Shown: positions 58,821 to 64,000 of the stretch, piece after piece
Layout: each line of letters opens with the position of its first letter
How positions within the stretch are numbered: position 1 is the first letter of the stretch
IMG/VR virus record: IMGVR_UViG_3300025137_005412
Location: 88,042-152,041 of that record
Strand: one strand, 5' to 3'
Length of the DNA: 64,000 bases
From: a virus
Made by a program: the position numbers and the translations under genes
Notes under the pieces: model-generated
The model's database searches: none
Told to the model about the DNA's origin: nothing
What the model saw: only the letters and a program-made list of their open reading frames with translations

Positions 58821-60350
58821 ATGGCTGAGAGAAAAGAAGATTTATTTGGCTTTGAATTAGTATCACCAGAAAAATCACCCAAATTACCAAGCCCAGTACC
58901 GCAACCGTTAGATGACGGAACAGAATTACCTGTTGGAGGCAGAATCGGCTATACTTACGAGCAAGACGATAAAGCTAGAACAGAACATGCACTTATTTCC
59001 ACTTATAGAGAGATTAGCTTTTATCCAGAAGCAGATGCTGCTATTGATGATATAGTAAATGAAGCTTTTGTTGTTGAACATGAAAAAGCTCCAGTATCTA
59101 TTAGATTAGATAATCTTAATATGGATGATAGAATAAAAGAATCCATAAGAACACATTTCTCAAAAGCATTAGAACTACTTAACTTTCAAAAGAAATCTTA
59201 TGACATATTCAGAAACTGGTATGTTGATGGTAGATTATTCTATCAAATAATAATTGATCCAAAAAATGCTAAAGATGGTATACAAGAATTAAGACCAGTA
59301 GATGCTGTTAAGATGAAGAGAGTAATAAAGCCTGTTTATTCTAAAAATATAAAAACTGGTATGCCATTCCTTGAAGAAGTTGATGAGCATTTTGAATTCT
59401 CACCTGATGGTGATATGGGTGCAGCAGTTAAATTATCTAAAGACTCAATAGTATTCTGTCCATCTGGAATGGTAGATAGAAACAAAGGAATGATTATAGG
59501 TTATTTAGATAAGGCAATAAAAGCTTTCAATAACTTACGTTCTATGGAAGATAGTCTTATTGTATACAGAATTGCTAGAGCACCTGAAAGAAGAATATTC
59601 TATGTAGATGTTGGTAATTTACCGAAGATTAAAGCTGAACAATATCTTAGAGATATGCAAAATAGATTTAGAAATAAGATTGATTATGATCCGGTGACTG
59701 GTCATATTAGAGATTCAAGAAAATTCATGTCAATCTTAGAAGATTTCTGGCTACCAAGAAGAGATGGTAAAGCTACAGAAATTACTACACTTCCAGGTGG
59801 TCAAAACCTTGGTGATCTTGAAGATGTACAATACTTTAAAAACAAATTATATGAAGCATTAAACGTACCATTAACAAGAATAAATGGTGCTGATGCTTCT
59901 TTCCAAATTGGTAGAGCTTCAGATATTTCAAGAGATGAATTGAAATTTGGTAAGTTTGTTGCAAGATTAAAGAAACAATTTGGTGAACTATTCAATGAGA
60001 TCTTAAGAGTTCAATTATCTTTGGCTGGTGTTTGTACCGCTAAAGAGTTTGATGACATGAGAACTCATATTACTTATGACTTTATTGAAGATACACACTT
60101 TAAAGAATTGAAAGATGTAGAACTACTAACAGACAGAATGAATCTATTAAGAGATGCTACTGAATATGTTGGTAAATATTTCTCAATTGAATACGTGCGA
60201 AAAGTTATTCTAGCCCAATCAGAAGATGATATTTCTAGAATTGACCGTGAGATTATGAGTGAGATCGATAATGATCAAATAAATACTGAAGATGACCAAA
60301 TGGACATGTACGAATCACGGGATATAAAAAATGGCACTACCAAAGAGTAA
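58821..60350 (+). CDS. gp20: Portal protein gp20
   Basis: AIDDIVNEA, WYVDGR, YRIARAPERRIFYVDVGNLPK.KAEQY, EDFWLPRR, LPGGQNLG. Confidence 0.97.
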   Translation: MAERKEDLFGFELVSPEKSPKLPSPVPQPLDDGTELPVGGRIGYTYEQDDKARTEHALISTYREISFYPEADAAIDDIVNEAFVVEHEKAPVSIRLDNLNMDDRIKESIRTHFSKALELLNFQKKSYDIFRNWYVDGRLFYQIIIDPKNAKDGIQELRPVDAVKMKRVIKPVYSKNIKTGMPFLEEVDEHFEFSPDGDMGAAVKLSKDSIVFCPSGMVDRNKGMIIGYLDKAIKAFNNLRSMEDSLIVYRIARAPERRIFYVDVGNLPKIKAEQYLRDMQNRFRNKIDYDPVTGHIRDSRKFMSILEDFWLPRRDGKATEITTLPGGQNLGDLEDVQYFKNKLYEALNVPLTRINGADASFQIGRASDISRDELKFGKFVARLKKQFGELFNEILRVQLSLAGVCTAKEFDDMRTHITYDFIEDTHFKELKDVELLTDRMNLLRDATEYVGKYFSIEYVRKVILAQSEDDISRIDREIMSEIDNDQINTEDDQMDMYESRDIKNGTTKE

Positions 60351-61323
60351 ACAAACACTTGCAGATTATATGCTACGTAAATGCGGAGCTCCCGTAGTTA
60401 ATGTAGAAGTATCTGACGTACAGTTAGAAGATTGTATTGATGATGCTGTTAAGATGTATCAAGAATATCATTACGATGGAAGTGAAAGAGCTTATCGAGT
60501 AATTGAAGTTAATGCTAGAGTAATTAAAGAAAATTACAGAAGACATCAAGATATTACTGCACCACCATTTAGTCATGATTCTGAATATAAAGTAGGTGCA
60601 AGAGTATTCCATAATCCAAGTAAAGGAACAGATTCAGATTCAGGCTTTTTAATATACATTAAAACAGATAGTGATTTAGCAGTAGATTCTGATAGTAAAG
60701 CATTTAGAAAGAACTATACTAAAGAAGCATTATATTTAAGAGATTCAGTTGCCTTAATGGAAGGTGGTCAATTAGGTGTAAGAATTCCAGAAAATATTCT
60801 ACAGATTACAAGAGTACATAAAGTTGATAGTTTTGCTCAATCAGGCATGTATAACTATGAGTATCAATATTTCCTTAATAACTTTGATGCTTTTTATGGT
60901 AATGCTGCTGGTTCTGGAATTACAGGTTATTTCATTCAAAAACAATATGTAGAACATATAGATCACATGTTAAACACTGCACCAGCAATAAGATATAGTA
61001 AAGCCAAAAATAGATTATGGTTAGATATTGACTGGAAAAGACCGAAAAAAGGTCAGTTTTTCTTAGTTGAATGTTATGAAGCTACTGATCCTGAAATATA
61101 CGGTGATGTATATGGTGATATATGGATTAAGAAATACTCAACTGCAACATTAAAAATGCAATGGGGTACTAACCTGAAGAAATATGAGAATACAGAACTT
61201 CCAGGTGGAGTACAATTGAATGGTCAAGCACTGTATGATGAAGGTAAAGCTGAAAAAGATGAGCTTGAAGAAGAACTAAAGAACAATCTCCAGTTGGAGA
61301 TGGATGCTATAATTAGAGGTTAA
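60331..61323 (+). CDS. gp13: Neck protein gp13
   Basis: L..Y.LR..GAPVVNVEV...Q..DCIDDA...Y.EYHYDG, W.KKY..A..K.QWG.NL.KY....LPGGV.LNG. Confidence 0.9.
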   Translation: MALPKSKQTLADYMLRKCGAPVVNVEVSDVQLEDCIDDAVKMYQEYHYDGSERAYRVIEVNARVIKENYRRHQDITAPPFSHDSEYKVGARVFHNPSKGTDSDSGFLIYIKTDSDLAVDSDSKAFRKNYTKEALYLRDSVALMEGGQLGVRIPENILQITRVHKVDSFAQSGMYNYEYQYFLNNFDAFYGNAAGSGITGYFIQKQYVEHIDHMLNTAPAIRYSKAKNRLWLDIDWKRPKKGQFFLVECYEATDPEIYGDVYGDIWIKKYSTATLKMQWGTNLKKYENTELPGGVQLNGQALYDEGKAEKDELEEELKNNLQLEMDAIIRG

Positions 61324-61328
61324 AGGAG

Positions 61329-61336
61329 TATAAATA
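61329..61336 (+). promoter_or_regulatory. Late promoter
   Basis: TATAAATA-aatt-ATG(61341). Confidence 0.65.
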
Positions 61337-61340
61337 AATT

Positions 61341-61505
61341 ATGGATATGAACGATAAAGATAAATTCGTTTCTGATGCGAAAGCTGCTTTAGATAAAAAA
61401 GCATTTGAAAAATTAGGTGATATGAAAGCAAGTATCGCTAAAGATTTTATTATGCCTGAAGTATTAGAACAAGAAGTAGAAACAAAAGAAGATGAGCCAA
61501 AATAA
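61341..61505 (+). CDS. 54-aa prohead core protein (gp67-like; not in ORF track)
   Basis: Translated by hand (MDMNDKDKFVSDAKAALDKKAFEKL...EDEPK). TATAAATA and GGAG upstream; lies before gp68-like and gp21. Confidence 0.6.
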   Translation: MDMNDKDKFVSDAKAALDKKAFEKLGDMKASIAKDFIMPEVLEQEVETKEDEPK

Positions 61506-62262
61506 TTTACCAGATTGGATGGAACAAAAACGTGAGGAATATAGACGTTCCTACAAAGAGCTAGTTCGCAACAACTCGTTTGTTCAATCTGATTCAATCA
61601 TTGACGAAGAAACACTTACTCAAATTAAAGATGAAGTAGTAGTAGAAGACTACATGGAAACTGTAGAATTCGATGATGAGATTAATTTAGATGAAGCTGA
61701 ATCTCTTTCAAAAGGTACAGATTTAAACGATACAGCATGTGATTGTGAAGATGATGATCATGACTGTGAATGTCCTGAAATGTATTATGACTTTATTCCA
61801 GATGAGTTTGGTCAGTTGATGGATATTGAAATGGAAATTGATGATCAGATTGATCATGTAGATGATGGTGTTAAGAACTACTTAGCACTTAAAGATGCAA
61901 TGTTCTCAGATACTTTCGATGTTATGGATGCTGATTTACCAGAAGCGGTAGAGAATGACGATCCAATGGAACATGGAATTACTACATTTGATGAAGCACA
62001 GCCTGGTAGAGCAAGAGTTATATTCAGAAGATCAAAAGGTAGAATAGTTAAAAGAAAAAGATGTAAGGCTGGAACAAGATTACAAGGTAATAGATGTGTA
62101 CCACAGACTGGTACAAGAAAATCAGCATTACGAAGAACAGGTATTAAATTAAAAAGAGCGATGAGAGCTCGAGGAGCAGGTAAAAAGAAACTAGCTTCTC
62201 TAAAAAGAAAGATTACTAAAAAGCGAGTGGCTGGCAGAGCTAGAACATACGCAGGAACATAA
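61492..62262 (+). CDS. Prohead core protein (gp68-like) with a long acidic N-terminus
   Basis: Highly basic C-terminus (RRSKGRIVKRKRC...RKITKKR) and synteny. Confidence 0.55.
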   Translation: MSQNNLPDWMEQKREEYRRSYKELVRNNSFVQSDSIIDEETLTQIKDEVVVEDYMETVEFDDEINLDEAESLSKGTDLNDTACDCEDDDHDCECPEMYYDFIPDEFGQLMDIEMEIDDQIDHVDDGVKNYLALKDAMFSDTFDVMDADLPEAVENDDPMEHGITTFDEAQPGRARVIFRRSKGRIVKRKRCKAGTRLQGNRCVPQTGTRKSALRRTGIKLKRAMRARGAGKKKLASLKRKITKKRVAGRARTYAGT

Positions 62263-62264
62263 GG

Positions 62265-62272
62265 AATAAATA
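62265..62272 (+). promoter_or_regulatory. Putative late promoter
   Basis: AATAAATA-agac-ATG(62277). Confidence 0.55.
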
Positions 62273-62276
62273 AGAC

Positions 62277-62657
62277 ATGGCAAATAAAGTTGTATCAAAA
62301 TCAGTTGGAATTCAAGGTTCATCACAAGGAAATAGAGTAGTATATCATATAGATACTGCAGCAACTCTTGATTCAGATGCTTTTACATTCACATATCAAG
62401 TCAAAAATATTTACGCACCAAACCAATCACCTGCATCTGATTCAGATGAAAAAAATATCAATCATTATATGAGACCTATTAAAATAGAGTCAATTACTAA
62501 TATGGGTGCTAATGCTATTACAATTGACGGTAAAGCTTATGCTACTGGTAAATGGGATTTAAACATGACTGGTGGTACTTCAATAGAACAAGCTAAAGGA
62601 AATGTAGTTATTTCTGGAACAGCTCCTAACGCCATCGTAGTATTCAGAGGTCAATAA
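62277..62657 (+). CDS. Small virion-associated hypothetical protein
   Basis: Beta-rich, 2 DSD, late-promoter motif upstream, TAATG-coupled to gp21. Confidence 0.55.
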   Translation: MANKVVSKSVGIQGSSQGNRVVYHIDTAATLDSDAFTFTYQVKNIYAPNQSPASDSDEKNINHYMRPIKIESITNMGANAITIDGKAYATGKWDLNMTGGTSIEQAKGNVVISGTAPNAIVVFRGQ

Positions 62658-63307
62658 TGAAGTTAATTAAAGAAGATATAAGCTTTAATGATGTCACTGT
62701 AATTACCGAAGGTAAAGAGCAGAAGAAAAAATATATTCAAGGCCCATTTCTACAAGCACAAAAAGAAAATAGAAACGGAAGAATTTATCCTCAATACGTG
62801 ATGGATAAAGCTGTAGAAGAATACAGCAAAAACTATATCGCTCAGAATAGAGCTCTCGGAGAGTTGAACCATCCTGCAGAGCCAGTAGTTAATCCTGAAA
62901 GAGCAGCTATCATGACTAAATCATTAGTTAAAGATGGTTATTACTACCAAGGTAAAGCACAAGTTTTAAGCACACCTATGGGTAAAATTGTTGAAAATTT
63001 ACTCGATGATGGTGTTAAAATTGGTGTTTCATCTAGAGGTTTAGGCTCTCTCAAAATGACTCGAGAGGGATATAATGAGGTTCAAGAAGATTTCGTACTA
63101 ACCACTGCTGCTGATGTAGTATTTGATCCATCTGCTCAAGAAGCCTTCGTTGAAGGTGTATATGAGTCAGCTGATTGGATATTTGAGTCAGGAGTTTGGC
63201 AAAGAGTAGACTTGGAAAAAGCTCGAAAAGAGCTGATGGAAACGACTGCTCGCGAATTAAATAATACTAAATTAAAACTATTTAAAAGGTTCTTGGAGAA
63301 TCAATAA
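62657..63307 (+). CDS. gp21: Prohead protease gp21
   Basis: MKLIKE, NRNGRIYP, ALGELNHP, TPMGKI, GVSSRGLGS, ADVV.DPSA. Confidence 0.96.
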   Translation: MKLIKEDISFNDVTVITEGKEQKKKYIQGPFLQAQKENRNGRIYPQYVMDKAVEEYSKNYIAQNRALGELNHPAEPVVNPERAAIMTKSLVKDGYYYQGKAQVLSTPMGKIVENLLDDGVKIGVSSRGLGSLKMTREGYNEVQEDFVLTTAADVVFDPSAQEAFVEGVYESADWIFESGVWQRVDLEKARKELMETTARELNNTKLKLFKRFLENQ

Positions 63308-63309
63308 AA

Positions 63310-63317
63310 AATAAATA
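63310..63317 (+). promoter_or_regulatory. Putative late promoter for the scaffold gene
   Basis: AATAAATA, then GGAG, then ATG 63342. Confidence 0.5.
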
Positions 63318-63341
63318 AATTATAATTGGAGCTAAAGCAAC

Positions 63342-64000
63342 ATGTCAGATACAGAAAACAAAAAAGGTCTTATAGAGGTCATTGAAAACTTGATGGAGAA
63401 AAACCTTCAAGAGAAAGATATGGCTGTAAAAGATACTATCAAAAACCCTCAAGACGATTCTAAAAAAGAAGAAGTTAAAGAAGAGGGACAAGACACTAAA
63501 ATAGAAAAAGGTGTTAATGATAAAGAATTACCTGATGCAGAGAAAGAAACACTTGCTAATAAACAAGCTGCTGCTCCAACAGCTGAGCCTGATAAAGAAG
63601 TTTCTGGTGCTGAAGACATGAAAGATTCTGGTGGTGAAAAAGGAACTGGCGGAGGTAGTGAAACTGCTGAAGTAGAAGCTGATAAACCTTCACACGATCA
63701 AGAATCAGATCCTATTGAAACTCCAATGAAAGACGAATCTGATCCTAAGAAAAAAGTTTCTGAAACTAAAGATGAGCCTAAAGAAATGGCAAAGATAATG
63801 GCTGATAAAGAACAAGAAGAAACTAAAGATGAAGATGAAGTCAAGGAGACTAAAGAAAAAGACGAAGAATTAAAAGGTGACCAAAAGAAACTTGATAAAG
63901 ATGGTGATGGTGATATTGGTGCCGATGATTTAGCTAAAGTAAGAGCAGCAAAAGAAGATGTTTCTGAAACTAAAGAAGAAGAAGAAACTAAAGAAGAAGA
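63342..64000 (+). CDS. Prohead scaffold (gp22-like), N-terminal part, runs off the window (not in ORF track)
   Basis: GGAG and ATG at 63342; Glu/Lys/Asp-rich frame apparently open to the window end; follows gp21. Confidence 0.7.
   Translation, partial: MSDTENKKGLIEVIENLMEKNLQEKDMAVKDTIKNPQDDSKKEEVKEEGQDTKIEKGVNDKELPDAEKETLANKQAAAPTAEPDKEVSGAEDMKDSGGEKGTGGGSETAEVEADKPSHDQESDPIETPMKDESDPKKKVSETKDEPKEMAKIMADKEQEETKDEDEVKETKEKDEELKGDQKKLDKDGDGDIGADDLAKVRAAKEDVSETKEEEETKEE

Noticed and set aside
54434-60350. Introns or inteins in terminase, sheath or portal
   Set aside because: The ORFs are continuous and of normal length, with no intein or homing-endonuclease motifs seen.
1-64000. tRNA, rRNA, CRISPR arrays or stop-codon reassignment
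   Set aside because: Intergenic gaps are short and AT-rich with no cloverleaf or repeat-spacer pattern seen by eye. Core genes are intact under the standard code and TAA, TAG and TGA all serve as stops.

Overview
This is an AT-rich segment of a large T4-like myovirus genome, probably aquatic/marine; the host cannot be determined from this window. It carries the virion morphogenesis module: the 3' end of a probable tape-measure gene, gp4, gp48, gp53, gp27-like hub, gp5, PAAR, holin and GH24 endolysin, a minus-strand fibre block, gp25, gp6, gp7, gp8, a VrlC-like giant protein, gp9/10-like proteins, gp14, gp15, gp16-gp20, a displaced gp13, gp67/68-like, gp21 and the start of gp22. A ~14 kb enzyme island (39.9-54.0 kb) sits just upstream of the terminase genes: 3 glycosyltransferases, a methyltransferase, 5 Asp/Asn beta-hydroxylase-like Fe(II)/2OG dioxygenases, 2 sulfotransferase-like proteins, 3 GNAT-like proteins, an SDR, a PP-loop enzyme, a ferredoxin and a fatty-acid desaturase. 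Main discovery candidate: the tripeptide D-S-[D/E] occurs about 170 times (hand count), almost only in outward-facing or fibre-like virion proteins, encoded by varied synonymous codons. I found none in inner or non-structural proteins. The enzyme operons have T4 late-promoter motifs. Together these suggest a phage-encoded, sequon-directed virion modification system (Ser O-glycosylation and/or Asp beta-hydroxylation). A second signal is an invariant TAAATA-N4-ATG arrangement before 11 genes, suggesting leaderless late mRNAs. All gene calls are from motif recognition and synteny, not database searches.
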